Source: an uncultured delta proteobacterium (GTDB lineage Bacteria > Desulfobacterota > Binatia > UBA9968). Taken from it: a DNA stretch of 64,000 nt. Made by a program: the position numbers and the translations under genes. The notes below the pieces were generated by a model that saw only the letters and a program-made list of their open reading frames with translations, searched no databases and was not told the origin of the DNA. The DNA is taken from positions 192,001 to 256,000 of the forward strand of contig CAWFJP010000029.1 in NCBI GenBank assembly GCA_963816145.1. Reading direction: 5' to 3'. Shown piece after piece: positions 18,993-28,809 of the stretch. Positions within the stretch are counted from its first letter, which is position 1. Every line of letters begins with the position of its first letter.

Positions 18993-21386
18993 TTGGCAGA
19001 CACAAATCAAATTGAGTCCGCGCTCGGTCATCTTCGGGTGATCGAGCTGGGGGATATTCCGGCATCTTATGCGACGCGACAGTTGGCCGATCTCGGCGCG
19101 GATGTCATCAAGGTCGAGCGGCCGGGCGGTGATCCCAATCGGCTGCTGCCGCCGTTTGCCGGCAATATCGAGCATTCTGAGCGCAGCTTGACGTTTATCC
19201 ATGCCAACGCCAACAAGCGCAGCATCGAACTAGATCTGGCGCATGATTCGGATCGCAGGGTGTTTGCCAAGCTGCTGGCTTCGGCGCAGCTCCTGGTCGA
19301 AGCGACGCCATTGGGATTTCTTGAAGCATTCGGTTTCAATGACGAGTCGTTACGCGAACGTTTCCCGCATCTGGCGATCGTTTCGATCACGCCGTTCGGC
19401 CGTACGGGACCTTATCGTCAGTACAAGGGCAGCGATGCGATCGCCAACGCCACCGGCGGGTTTCTCTATGGCCAGGGCGACGACAAGAAAGGCCAATGCA
19501 CGGCGCCGAGCCATCTGGCGTATCAGATGGCGGGGACGATGGCGGCAATGTTGGGGCTGGCCGCGGTGCGTCATGCGCGCGTCACCGGCGCGGGTCAGCG
19601 CATCGACATGTCGCTGCAGGAAGCGCTGACTTTCTGCAACAGCAGCAGCGTGGCGCGCTATTCGCGCGAGAATCGCTTGGAGCGGCGTCCTGGCGGTAAA
19701 GCTTACGGCGGCGCGGGAACGAACATCTATCGCTGCAAAGACGGCCGCTATGTCCACTTCACCACCAACATGCCGCATATGTGGAAGGAGTTCGCCCAGA
19801 ATTGGATGACCAGCAAAGCGCTGGCCGGGGCGGAGTGGGAGAACCCGCGTTATCGCAACGAGCATTCCGAGGAAGTCGCGCGGGCGTTCGCCGAATTTAT
19901 CGGTCAATTCGATGCCGATGATTTTGCCAATCAAGCCCAGGCCCGCCACCTCGCCGCTGCGCCGCTCAACACCATCGGCCAGTTCGTCGACTGTGAGCAG
20001 AACTTGGTCCGAGAATGGATGCAAGAACTCGATCATCCGGTGATCGGAAAATACCGATCTCCCGGCGCGCCGATGCGGCTGTCGTTGACGCCGATGCGCG
20101 TGCGCCGGCCGGCACCGCTGCTCAATCAGCATCGAAATGAGATTTTGCTTGAACTTGAGAAACTGACCGTCCACGCCGTGAAAATAGACGCAGAACATGC
20201 GCATAAGCCGATGCTGGCCGGCTTGCGCATGGCCGATCTGACGCAACAATATGCCGGGCCGTTGGGCACGGAATTGTTGGCCTACTACGGCATGGAAGTG
20301 GTCAAGATCGAGACCGGCACGATTCCCAGCAAGGAGCGCGAAGCGGCGGTGCACGCCTGCATGAACCGGGCGAAGCTCGGCGCGACCCTTAACCTGCGCA
20401 ATGCCGAAGGCAAAGAGCTGTTCAAACAGATGATCGCCAAGTCCGATGTCGTGGTCGACAATTTCAGCTCGGGCGTCGTCGAGCGCTTGGGTTTCCCCTA
20501 CGAAGTGCTGCAGCAGATCAATCCTGGTATCGTCCAGGTGGTGATGCCGGGGTGGGGTGTGACCGGGCCGCTCAAAACTTGGGTCGCCTGGGGCTGGCAG
20601 CTGCTGGCGTACACCGGCATCATGAGACTCTGGGGTTATCCCGACTCGCCGATGGAGACGCGCTGCAAGATTGCCTGGCCCGACCGCGTCGGTTCGGTGA
20701 CCATGGCGCTCGGCGTGCTCGCGGCGCTGGAATATCAGGCGCGCACCGGCAAAGGTCAGTTCATCGAGGCCGGTATGCTCGAAGCCCAGGGCGCGATGAT
20801 GGGGCCGGCGATTCTTGACTACACGGTCAATGGCAACCAATGGGACGCCATGGGTTACCAAGAAATCCTCGGCGCGCCCTACGCGCCGTACGGCGTCTAT
20901 CCTTGCGCGGGCGAAGACAATTGGATCATCATCGCCTGCGCGAGCGATTCAGAGTGGCAAAGCATGGTCGGACTGATCGGTAAGTCTTCCTGGGCCGCCG
21001 ACGCCAAGTTGGCCAGCAAAGCCGGCCGCAAAGAGTATAATGTCGAGCTTGATCGAAAACTTTGTGATTGGACGTGTAAGTTTACGCCAAAGCAAGCCTT
21101 TCGTTTGCTCCAGGAAGCCGGCGTGGCGGCCGGTATTCCGTCCTCTGGCGAATACTTGTTTCACGATATTCAGCTGCGCGCTCGCGGCCACATCGTCGAA
21201 ACCGAAGCCCAACCGTGGGGCAAGATCGCGCATCATGGCTTGCCCGGCATTCCGTCGCTGTCGCAAGCCGATGCGGCCCGACCGGCGCCGTGGATCGGTG
21301 TCAACAACGAGGAAGTATTCGGACGGATTTTAGGGTTGAGCAAAGAACGAATCGAGGCACTGCAAAGAGCCGAAGCGATCAAATAG
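18993..21386 (+). CDS. Family III CoA-transferase with two fused CaiB/BaiF domains
   Basis: Two repeats of the fold (LADLGADVIKVERPGGD...NKRS; LAYYGMEVVKIE...NRAK); putative catalytic Asp in IAWPDRV of the second domain only. Confidence 0.9.
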   Translation: MADTNQIESALGHLRVIELGDIPASYATRQLADLGADVIKVERPGGDPNRLLPPFAGNIEHSERSLTFIHANANKRSIELDLAHDSDRRVFAKLLASAQLLVEATPLGFLEAFGFNDESLRERFPHLAIVSITPFGRTGPYRQYKGSDAIANATGGFLYGQGDDKKGQCTAPSHLAYQMAGTMAAMLGLAAVRHARVTGAGQRIDMSLQEALTFCNSSSVARYSRENRLERRPGGKAYGGAGTNIYRCKDGRYVHFTTNMPHMWKEFAQNWMTSKALAGAEWENPRYRNEHSEEVARAFAEFIGQFDADDFANQAQARHLAAAPLNTIGQFVDCEQNLVREWMQELDHPVIGKYRSPGAPMRLSLTPMRVRRPAPLLNQHRNEILLELEKLTVHAVKIDAEHAHKPMLAGLRMADLTQQYAGPLGTELLAYYGMEVVKIETGTIPSKEREAAVHACMNRAKLGATLNLRNAEGKELFKQMIAKSDVVVDNFSSGVVERLGFPYEVLQQINPGIVQVVMPGWGVTGPLKTWVAWGWQLLAYTGIMRLWGYPDSPMETRCKIAWPDRVGSVTMALGVLAALEYQARTGKGQFIEAGMLEAQGAMMGPAILDYTVNGNQWDAMGYQEILGAPYAPYGVYPCAGEDNWIIIACASDSEWQSMVGLIGKSSWAADAKLASKAGRKEYNVELDRKLCDWTCKFTPKQAFRLLQEAGVAAGIPSSGEYLFHDIQLRARGHIVETEAQPWGKIAHHGLPGIPSLSQADAARPAPWIGVNNEEVFGRILGLSKERIEALQRAEAIK

Positions 21387-21393
21387 GCGCGCC

Positions 21394-21582
21394 ATGAGCA
21401 GCCAAGACTCCGACGGATCGGTTCGATCGTCGGATCCTATCGCTACTGCGCCAAGCTGCCCAGTTTGCGGCGAGTTGATGGTGGTGCGCACCGCGCGCAA
21501 GGGCGAACGGGCGGGTTCGCAATTTTGGGGATGCTCGGGTTATCCGCAGTGCAGAGGCGCGCGGCCGTTTACCGCAGGCTAG
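21394..21582 (+). CDS. Small topoisomerase-type C4 zinc-ribbon protein (possible remnant)
   Basis: CPVCGELMVVRTARKGERAGSQFWGCSGYPQC. Confidence 0.75.
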   Translation: MSSQDSDGSVRSSDPIATAPSCPVCGELMVVRTARKGERAGSQFWGCSGYPQCRGARPFTAG

Positions 21583-21641
21583 CTAGGCTCTTTATGAATG
21601 CGCGCTTTTCCAACTCGGCAACGAAGCCGGCGTCGAATATG
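21583..21641 (-). pseudogene. Remnant of the 3' end of an NMT1-type SBP gene
   Basis: Minus strand reads IFDAGFVAELEKRAFIKSLA versus FMDSSFIAELEKSGFIKTLS at the end of 21966-22976. Confidence 0.65.
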
Positions 21642-21671
21642 CCTAGCTCTAGTTTTAGCGCGTCCGGGTTA

Positions 21672-21866
21672 TCACCCCAATGGCACCGTAACCGTTAGGT
21701 AGAGAGCGTATAGGATGCAGCCGAGGGCGAATAGGATGAGTGCCGGAACGACTAATCTATCCTCGTCAAAGGTGCCGAACTGGCAGTACAGCAATGAGAC
21801 AACCGCCATGCTTAACAACGCCCAATGCGACGCCACGGCAGAAAGGAATTCGCGCAGATTCTCCAT
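21672..21866 (-). CDS. Small two-TM hypothetical membrane protein
   Basis: 64-aa ORF with two hydrophobic helices. Confidence 0.5.
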   Translation of the reverse strand: MENLREFLSAVASHWALLSMAVVSLLYCQFGTFDEDRLVVPALILFALGCILYALYLTVTVPLG

Positions 21867-21965
21867 TTGAGGATGGTTTATTCGCGGCCAATGCTTGAGT
21901 CAAGATGGTTTAGCGAAATTTCAATCGCGCAACCCAGCTTCATGGTAATTTACCTTGACTGCCAA

Positions 21966-22976
21966 TCAGCGCGCGGCAGAAAGAGTTTTTATGAATCCAC
22001 TCTTTTCCAGCTCGGCGATGAAGCTTGAGTCCATGAACGCTTCCGGCTTTTGCTGCCAAATCTCCGGCCGCTTCTCGGCGACGTACTCGTAGGTCGGCTG
22101 CAGCCCCTGGGTGATCGGGTAGGGAACATCAAGAAATGATTTGTGATAAATTTCGTAGGAGCCGTCGAGCAGTTCGCGATCGCTGGTCTTTAAATACTTG
22201 CTCAAGATCTTGAGGCTCGCCTCTTTGTTGGTTTTCAAAAAATGAATTCCCTCGACATGGGCTTTGACCATGCGCATGACGGTGTCGCGGTCTTCGACCG
22301 CCCATTTGCGCCGGGTCACGACCGACATGGAGGGATACGAGACTTCTTCTTTGGCTTCCCATAGGACGCGGAATCCTTTGCGTTCGGCCTGGACGTCGGC
22401 GGGATAGGAAAGGTCGGCGGCATCGACCAGGCCGTTGAACAGCGCCTGAATTCGGTCCGGCTGATTGCCGATGGATAGCAAAATCACATCGCGTCCAGGG
22501 TCGAGGCCGTATTTCTTGATGATGTAGCGTTCGAGGAAATCTCCGAGCGAGCCGAAGCCGGAGACCGCAATGCGTTTGCCGCGCAGATCCTCGGGTTTTT
22601 TGATCTCGGGCTTGACCAGTAACTTGCTTTGCACTCCGGCCACCGTGTGAGCCACGGTGACGAGATCGGCGCCGCTCAGGTCGGCGCTCATCACCGTGGT
22701 CAAGGTGCAGGGCGCGCCGAGAATGCTGTTGCCGATGATCGCCTGGGCCGACTGTCCTGAACCGCGCAACAAGACTAGCTCCGCTTCAAGGCCATACTTC
22801 TCATAGAGCTTGGCATCGTTGGCGATCCAGGGAATCCATTGCGACGCCGAAAGCGACGTCACGCCCCAGCGGAATTTTTTGATCGCAATATCTTGGGCGT
22901 CGGCGTTGCAAGTTAGCAGGAGCGAGATTCCAAGGCTCAAGAGCAAATGCTTGCTATTGTGTGTGTGATAATTCAT
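21966..22976 (-). CDS. ABC substrate-binding protein, NMT1/SsuA/TauA family
   Basis: Signal peptide; IKKPEDLRGKRIAVSGFGS; C-terminal D.SFIAELEKSGF. Confidence 0.88.
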   Translation of the reverse strand: MNYHTHNSKHLLLSLGISLLLTCNADAQDIAIKKFRWGVTSLSASQWIPWIANDAKLYEKYGLEAELVLLRGSGQSAQAIIGNSILGAPCTLTTVMSADLSGADLVTVAHTVAGVQSKLLVKPEIKKPEDLRGKRIAVSGFGSLGDFLERYIIKKYGLDPGRDVILLSIGNQPDRIQALFNGLVDAADLSYPADVQAERKGFRVLWEAKEEVSYPSMSVVTRRKWAVEDRDTVMRMVKAHVEGIHFLKTNKEASLKILSKYLKTSDRELLDGSYEIYHKSFLDVPYPITQGLQPTYEYVAEKRPEIWQQKPEAFMDSSFIAELEKSGFIKTLSAAR

Positions 22977-23031
22977 CGACAGCTCCGTTTCTATTCGCGC
23001 CTTAAGCCTCGTCCTTCACCCCTTACGTTTA

Positions 23032-24117
23032 TTAGATGTTGTAGAGTCTCGCCGCGTTGTCGCACATCAATTTGCGCAGTTGCCCCTCGGTCAAATTGTT
23101 TCGCCCGGTGACGGATTCCACCGTGTGGGGAAATTTGCTGTCGCCGTGATTGTAGTCCGAGGCGAACACCAGGCGGTCCTCGCCGACGGAATCCATGACG
23201 TAATTCAACGTCTGTTCGTCGGGCTCGAAGGAGTAATAGACCTGCTCGCTCGTCATGTATTCGCTCGGCGGCTTTTTCATCAGCGGCACCGCCGGCGACA
23301 TATATTCGTAATGCTCGTCCAAGCGCTCCATCCAGTAGGGCACCCAACCGGCCCCGGCTTCCAGAAAGGCGACTTTGAGCTTTGGATATCGTTCGAGGAT
23401 GCCGCCGCCGACGATGCACATGACACCGATCATCTGCTCGAAGGCGTGGGTGGTAGCGTGGACGAAATACGGATTGTCGAAGCGATCGGCGGCTGCAGCC
23501 GGGCGACCCGAGCCGACATGCACGCAAACCGGTACGCCAAGCGCCTCGGCTTTAGCGTAGAACGGATAGAGGTCGGGATGATCGAGGTTGCGCCCGGCGG
23601 AGTGGGCGGCGACAGCGACGGCGACAAAGCCCAGTTGCTTGACGCAACGTTCCAGTTCTTTAGCGGCATCGAGAGGCTCTTGCTGGGCGACTAGGGCGAC
23701 GCCTTTCAAACGGCGCGGATCGGTCTTGGAATACTCGGCGAGCCAGGTGTTGTAGCCATGGGCGATGGCGCAGGCGAGATCATGATTTTCCAGAAACGGC
23801 AGGCTCAGGAACACCGTCGTACCGAAGTTGACCGCAGTATCGATGCCTTCCATATCCATGTCTTTGAGGCGCTGCACCGGATCGAACATGCCGGTGGTCG
23901 CGCGCGGTTTACGGGTAATCGGCGCGGTGCCGATGCCGCAGCCTCGGCCGCTCGGCTTCGCCCAGATTTTTCCTTCGAGCAGCAAGTGGGTCCGGCCGTC
24001 GGCGCACGCGACCATACTGGGCGCATGCTTACGATAGGGCGGATCGAGCAGTTCCTGCCAGTTGGCATCGCGCTCCTGGACGTGGCCGTCGGCGTCGATG
24101 ATGCGTAGGTTGTTCAT
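23032..24117 (-). CDS. Amidohydrolase_2 family metal-dependent hydrolase/decarboxylase
   Basis: IIDADGH, PVCVH, FLEAGAGW, FASDYNH. Confidence 0.9.
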   Translation of the reverse strand: MNNLRIIDADGHVQERDANWQELLDPPYRKHAPSMVACADGRTHLLLEGKIWAKPSGRGCGIGTAPITRKPRATTGMFDPVQRLKDMDMEGIDTAVNFGTTVFLSLPFLENHDLACAIAHGYNTWLAEYSKTDPRRLKGVALVAQQEPLDAAKELERCVKQLGFVAVAVAAHSAGRNLDHPDLYPFYAKAEALGVPVCVHVGSGRPAAAADRFDNPYFVHATTHAFEQMIGVMCIVGGGILERYPKLKVAFLEAGAGWVPYWMERLDEHYEYMSPAVPLMKKPPSEYMTSEQVYYSFEPDEQTLNYVMDSVGEDRLVFASDYNHGDSKFPHTVESVTGRNNLTEGQLRKLMCDNAARLYNI

Positions 24118-24146
24118 TTGGCCTCCTAGAATTGAAAATATCGGAA

Positions 24147-24229
24147 TTCACCACGAAGGGCACGAAGATCACGAAGGTCGGAATTCAAAATTGGCGAACC
24201 CTTCGTGTCCTTCGTGCCTTCGTGGTGAA
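24147..24229. repeat. Palindromic element family A
   Basis: ttcaccacgaagggcacgaagatcacgaag...cttcgtgtccttcgtgccttcgtggtgaa. Confidence 0.85.
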
Positions 24230-24238
24230 CAGTCCCTT

Positions 24239-25279
24239 TTACTTGCGTGTGATCGAATGCAGCAATTTGTCCCAGCTTAGCAAATCCTTCTCATACTGAT
24301 CGGTGGTTAATCCATGCTCCGGGCGCCATTTCTTAAAACCGTAATCCTTGGCACCGCTACCGTAGTAATACTTTTCTAAAACTGCTTGGCCGTCCGAACT
24401 CAAGAGAAAATCCGCCATCAAAAGTGCCGCATGGGGATGGGGCGGGTTGGCGGCGATGGCGGCGCTGCCGACGTTGGTCGGCACGAAATCCATCGGCACC
24501 CATTCCACCGGCGCGCCCTTCGACGCGGCGAGCAGCGTGTGGGTCTGAAAGATTGCCGGCGACGCGACGATCTCGCCGGACGTGATGGTGTTCACCAGTG
24601 CCGGCGCGTCGATCGAGTAAAGCTTGATCTCCTGGCCTTTGAGTTTCCTGATGAACTCTTCGCCTTTGCTCTTGATCATGGCGCCGATGATTTTGTCGCT
24701 GGTCTGGCCGATGCTGATACCCATCTTGCCCTTGAGCTGTGGATGCATCATACGTCGAAGTTTTTCGGCACCGCTTCTTGGGCACCAAGGTCTTGTTGTA
24801 CGCGAAGCCGATGTAGGATTCTCTGGCGAGTGCCCAGAAGACGAGATTTTTGTCGGCGCGCTTCTTTGCCGTCTTCGGGATAGCGGTCGAGTTGCGGCGA
24901 GTCGTAGGGGCGGAGTAGTTTTTCGTCGCGCAGAAATATCAGATTTCCCTCGGTGGTTTCGATGGCATCAGCGATGTTTCGCCTGGCTTTGGTTTCTTCC
25001 TCTTTGAGGCCAACTCCGCTTCCCGACGCGCGAAAGGAGTCGACCTTGACTCCGGGATATTTGCTTTCGAAGGCTTTGACCAGCTCTTTGTAGGAATCGC
25101 CCGCGAGGGAAGTGTACCAAATGATTTTACCTTCGCTCTTAGCGCCGTTGTAGAGTAATGCCTCGCGATCGGCGCCACGGTAGCTGGCCAGCTCCGCGAT
25201 GGTCGACGGCTTGCGCCCTTGCGCCGACGCGCTCGACGGAAGCATCAAGCGCTAAGAAAATGATATTCTGGGTCTTCAT
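24239..25279 (-). pseudogene. Extracellular solute-binding protein (AfuA-like), frameshifted (pseudogene or sequencing error)
   Basis: ATG 25279 with GGAGG RBS; pieces GAKSEGKIIWYTSL and PPHPHAALLMADF lie in different frames; paralog of 27673-28716. Confidence 0.75.
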
Positions 25280-25786
25280 CGTTCTAGCCTCCTTTGCTGA
25301 AAAATCGCTAAAGCTGCCGGAGAATGGCCGTCCGGATAAATTCGCGATTGCCTCGAACTCGGCAGTGGGTGCTTTTGGACGAGGCCAGCGGAGTTTGACG
25401 AGTCGGGAAAAACTTGCCGAATGGGGCCTCCGGCCGTAGACGACCCGATGGCGCTCGTTTGTGGTTTTGCAATCAGGTCATGCCGGGCGCGGAGCTGTGA
25501 AGTCCTCGAGGCACCGGGAAGAAGGGGGACAGCCGTTGCAACCGCAACGCAGGGCCGCATGGAGTCTCGCTTTCACGCCAGCGCACTTGGCGAAGACAGT
25601 CGATGTAGCGATAACATCTGGCGACAAAGTCAAAAGTATGAACCGCTATCGGTTCGCGACAAGAGGCGTGGGCGATTTGTTACGCGCGCTCGGTAATCGA
25701 TCGAGAGATCTGCCACCTGGTCGCGATCAGCTGCTCTACGAGAGCCTACGTATCACATGACAGTTCTTACGCAAGACGATTTGCGG

Positions 25787-27442
25787 TCAATCGCCCGCTA
25801 ATTTCTTTCCCGCTATTTCGGACAACCTCGCGTTCGGCGTTACATATTCATGATCGGTCTGCACTTCGATCAATGCCGAGCGGTTGGCGGCGAGCGCTTT
25901 TTTGAATGCCGGTAAAAATTCTTCGTCTCGAGTGACCTTCACTCCAAGGGCGCCGTAGGACTCGCCCATGAGGGCGAAGTCGGGATTCTCCAACGCTACG
26001 CCAAGTTGGCGGCCGGGGTACTGAGCTTCCTGGTGCATGCGGATCGAGTTGTAACCTTGGTTGTTGTAAACGATCGCGATAATCGGCGCCTTGTATTGCT
26101 TGGCGGTCGCCATCTCCTGGCCGGTCATGAGAAAGCCGCCGTCGCCGATATGGGCGATGACCGTGCGATTGGGGTAGGCGAGCTTCGCCGCCACCGCGGA
26201 CGGGACGCCTGGACCCATGCAGCCAAGGGTGGGGGAGATGTAGGAGTTTGGATGATCGAATTCCAAATAACGTTGCTGCCATTGGCCGAAGCTGCCGGCG
26301 TCGGTGGTGGTGATGGCGTCGGCGGGCATGGCGGCTTTCAAGTCCATCATCACCCGCTCCATGGAGACCTTCGGTGTCGGACGTTCCTTGGGCGTGCAGA
26401 ATTCCTTTTGCGCCGCGTGCTGCTCGGCGATCCACGACCCGCGGCTCTCGTTGGGGCGCGGCGCGGGCTGTTTCAATGCGGCGAGTAGCAGTTGTTTGGC
26501 ATCGGCGACTATGGCCATTTCCGGGCGCGAATTTTGGCCGATGTTTTCTTCGTCGGCGTCAATATGCACGAACGGCTTTCCTGGGCGCGGAAACGTAAAA
26601 CCGGCAGTCGTCTGCTGGCTCAGCCTGCTGCCGAGGACGATTAATAGGTCGCTTTCTTCGTAGGCGAGGTTTTGCGCATACTTGTTCGACGTCAACATGT
26701 TGCCGGCGTAGTTCGGATGATTGTTCGGGAAGGCGTCTTGCCGTTTGTACGTGGTCAGCACCGGGAGGTGAAATTTTTCGGCGAACTCGATGACTTCCTG
26801 CCAAGCGTTCGAGTACTGCGTTCCCGAACCGATCATGAGCACCGGCTTACGCGCCGCGTTGATGCGTCCGACCAGAGATTCAACGGCCGCCGGATCGGCA
26901 TTGGGCGTGAGCGGCGGAATCGGCGCGCTCATGATGATGTCGGCGTCGCTTTCGGTGACGTCGCGCGGCAACGCCACCACCACCGGACCGGGCCGGCCGG
27001 TGCGCGCGAGATGGAACGCCCGGCTTATGATGCGCGGGATCTGCTTCGGATCGTTGATCTCGATCACCCACTTGGCGATGCTGCCGAAGAAGCGGCCGTA
27101 GTCGAGCTCTTGGCCGGCTTCGCGCCCGCGCGCGTTGCGGCTGACCTGACCGACCAACAGTACCATGGGCGCTGAATCGTATTTCGCGCTGTGGACGGCG
27201 ATGCTCGCGTTGGTCGCGCCCGGGCCGCGGGTAACGATGCAGACGCCGGGGGTGCGCGTGGCTTTGGCATAGCCCTCGGCCATGAACGCCGCGCAGCCTT
27301 CCTGGCGATTGGTGATCAGTTTGATCTCGGGGAAATTGACCAGCCCATCGACGACGGCAATGTAGCTTTCGCCCGGCACGCTGAAAATATGTTTCACGCC
27401 TTCGTTGCGCAGGCATTGAGCTACCGCATGACCACCAAGCAT
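25787..27442 (-). CDS. Thiamine-diphosphate-dependent enzyme (acetolactate synthase-like family)
   Basis: VPGESY, RQEG, VTRGPGATN, GDGGFLMTGQE...NNQGY TPP-binding motif. Confidence 0.92.
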   Translation of the reverse strand: MLGGHAVAQCLRNEGVKHIFSVPGESYIAVVDGLVNFPEIKLITNRQEGCAAFMAEGYAKATRTPGVCIVTRGPGATNASIAVHSAKYDSAPMVLLVGQVSRNARGREAGQELDYGRFFGSIAKWVIEINDPKQIPRIISRAFHLARTGRPGPVVVALPRDVTESDADIIMSAPIPPLTPNADPAAVESLVGRINAARKPVLMIGSGTQYSNAWQEVIEFAEKFHLPVLTTYKRQDAFPNNHPNYAGNMLTSNKYAQNLAYEESDLLIVLGSRLSQQTTAGFTFPRPGKPFVHIDADEENIGQNSRPEMAIVADAKQLLLAALKQPAPRPNESRGSWIAEQHAAQKEFCTPKERPTPKVSMERVMMDLKAAMPADAITTTDAGSFGQWQQRYLEFDHPNSYISPTLGCMGPGVPSAVAAKLAYPNRTVIAHIGDGGFLMTGQEMATAKQYKAPIIAIVYNNQGYNSIRMHQEAQYPGRQLGVALENPDFALMGESYGALGVKVTRDEEFLPAFKKALAANRSALIEVQTDHEYVTPNARLSEIAGKKLAGD

Positions 27443-27672
27443 GGAATGTCTCCTCGTAAGACTAATTTGGCTGAGACTGCTGCGAACCTCAGGTCCAGTA
27501 TTTAGAAACGGTTAACTGCCCTATAGTCCGACTGGCGCGCGGCTGTCAATGAATCAATTTTGTCAGCGCAGAATAAACCGCTTGCCAGCGTCATCGGCAA
27601 AGTGATAACTGGCGGACAGATATTTGTTGCGCACAATCTATTCTTGCTCGCTGACGGTGAAGGAGTGAAACA

Positions 27673-28716
27673 ATGAAAGCTCTCGGTCTGGCTATGGCGA
27701 TCCTGCTGACGGCGGTTTCGCTTGGCTGGGGACAAACGAAAAAACCTCGAACCTTGGACGAACTCGCCGCCTACACCGGCCCGGACCGTCATCAAATTCT
27801 TCTCGACGGCGCCAAGGCGGAAGGCAAGATCGTCTGGTACACATCGCTGTCGGGCGTGTATCGCGAGTTGGTCGATGCGTTCAAGCGAAAATATCCCGAC
27901 ATAGCGATCGACGTCTACCGCGGCGGCAGCAACGATCTAACGCCGAGAATCATCAACGAAGCCCAAGCCGGCCGCCCGGTGGCGGACGCTCTTGAAAGCA
28001 CGCCGGGGTTGCTCATGGCATTGCGCGATCGCGGCCTGCTCAAGCCCTATGTTTCACCCGAACTGGCGAAGTATCCCGATGAGGCGAAAGGTAGAGCCGA
28101 CGGCGCGCGCGTCTACTGGGTCACCGACCGCGAGGCTTACTTAGGTTTCGGCTACAACACCAGGATGATCGCGCCGGCGGAGGTTCCGAAAAGTTTCCAA
28201 GATCTCTTAAAGCCCGAACTCAAAGGCAAGCTCGCCGTGACCACCGAGAGCTCGACCAGCCGGGTCATCGGCTCCATGATCAAGGTGAAAGGCGAGGAAT
28301 TCGTCAAGCGGCTTCAAGCTCAGGAAATTCGGCTATTCAAAGCATCGAGCGCTGGTTTTCTTGACCTGATCGCCGCCGGCGAGGTGGCCGGATCGTTCGT
28401 GGTTTTTCGCAACCAAGTGGCGGTCATGAAGGAGCGGCGCGCGCCGGTGGAGTGGGTGGCGCTCGACGTTGCGCCGGCTAATGCCGGCGGCTCCGCCGTC
28501 GTCGCCAACGCGCCCCATCCCCACGCGGCGCTTTTGTTCACCGATTTCGTCATCGGCGCCGACGGGCAAAAACTGATGGAGCAGTTTCGTTATGGCGTGG
28601 CGTGGAAGGATTATCCGTTCAAACGCGAATACATTGAACGTGGTATGACCAGTGCGGAGTACGAGAAAGCTGAAGATCGCTGGGCGCAGTTGACGAGAGC
28701 TATTACGAAAAGATGA
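27673..28716 (+). CDS. Extracellular solute-binding protein (AfuA-like ABC SBP)
   Basis: Signal peptide; GAKAEGKIVWYTSL; GYNT...PKSFQDLLKP; APHPHAALLFTDF. Confidence 0.88.
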   Translation: MKALGLAMAILLTAVSLGWGQTKKPRTLDELAAYTGPDRHQILLDGAKAEGKIVWYTSLSGVYRELVDAFKRKYPDIAIDVYRGGSNDLTPRIINEAQAGRPVADALESTPGLLMALRDRGLLKPYVSPELAKYPDEAKGRADGARVYWVTDREAYLGFGYNTRMIAPAEVPKSFQDLLKPELKGKLAVTTESSTSRVIGSMIKVKGEEFVKRLQAQEIRLFKASSAGFLDLIAAGEVAGSFVVFRNQVAVMKERRAPVEWVALDVAPANAGGSAVVANAPHPHAALLFTDFVIGADGQKLMEQFRYGVAWKDYPFKREYIERGMTSAEYEKAEDRWAQLTRAITKR

Positions 28717-28738
28717 TGGAACGCGTTCAAGCCGTTCA

Positions 28739-28790
28739 ATCCCCCTCCTTAATCCTCCCCCGCGATGCGGGGGAGGAAAGAGGTGGGGGT
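28739..28790. repeat. GC-rich hairpin (family C-like) between convergent genes
   Basis: atccccctccttaatcctcccccgcgatgcgggggaggaaagaggtgggggt. Confidence 0.7.
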
Positions 28791-28809
28791 ATTGCTGTTG
28801 CCTGATGCC

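Noticed and set aside
19350-20861. 503-aa antisense ORF, and similar long shadow ORFs (13895-14698, 29858-30655, 42316-43152, 45857-46666)
   Set aside because: They lie opposite well-supported genes in GC-rich DNA and show no recognisable motifs.
18993-21386. Calling the CoA-transferase dddD
   Set aside because: Two-domain family III transferases are common and no DddD-specific evidence is visible without a phylogeny.
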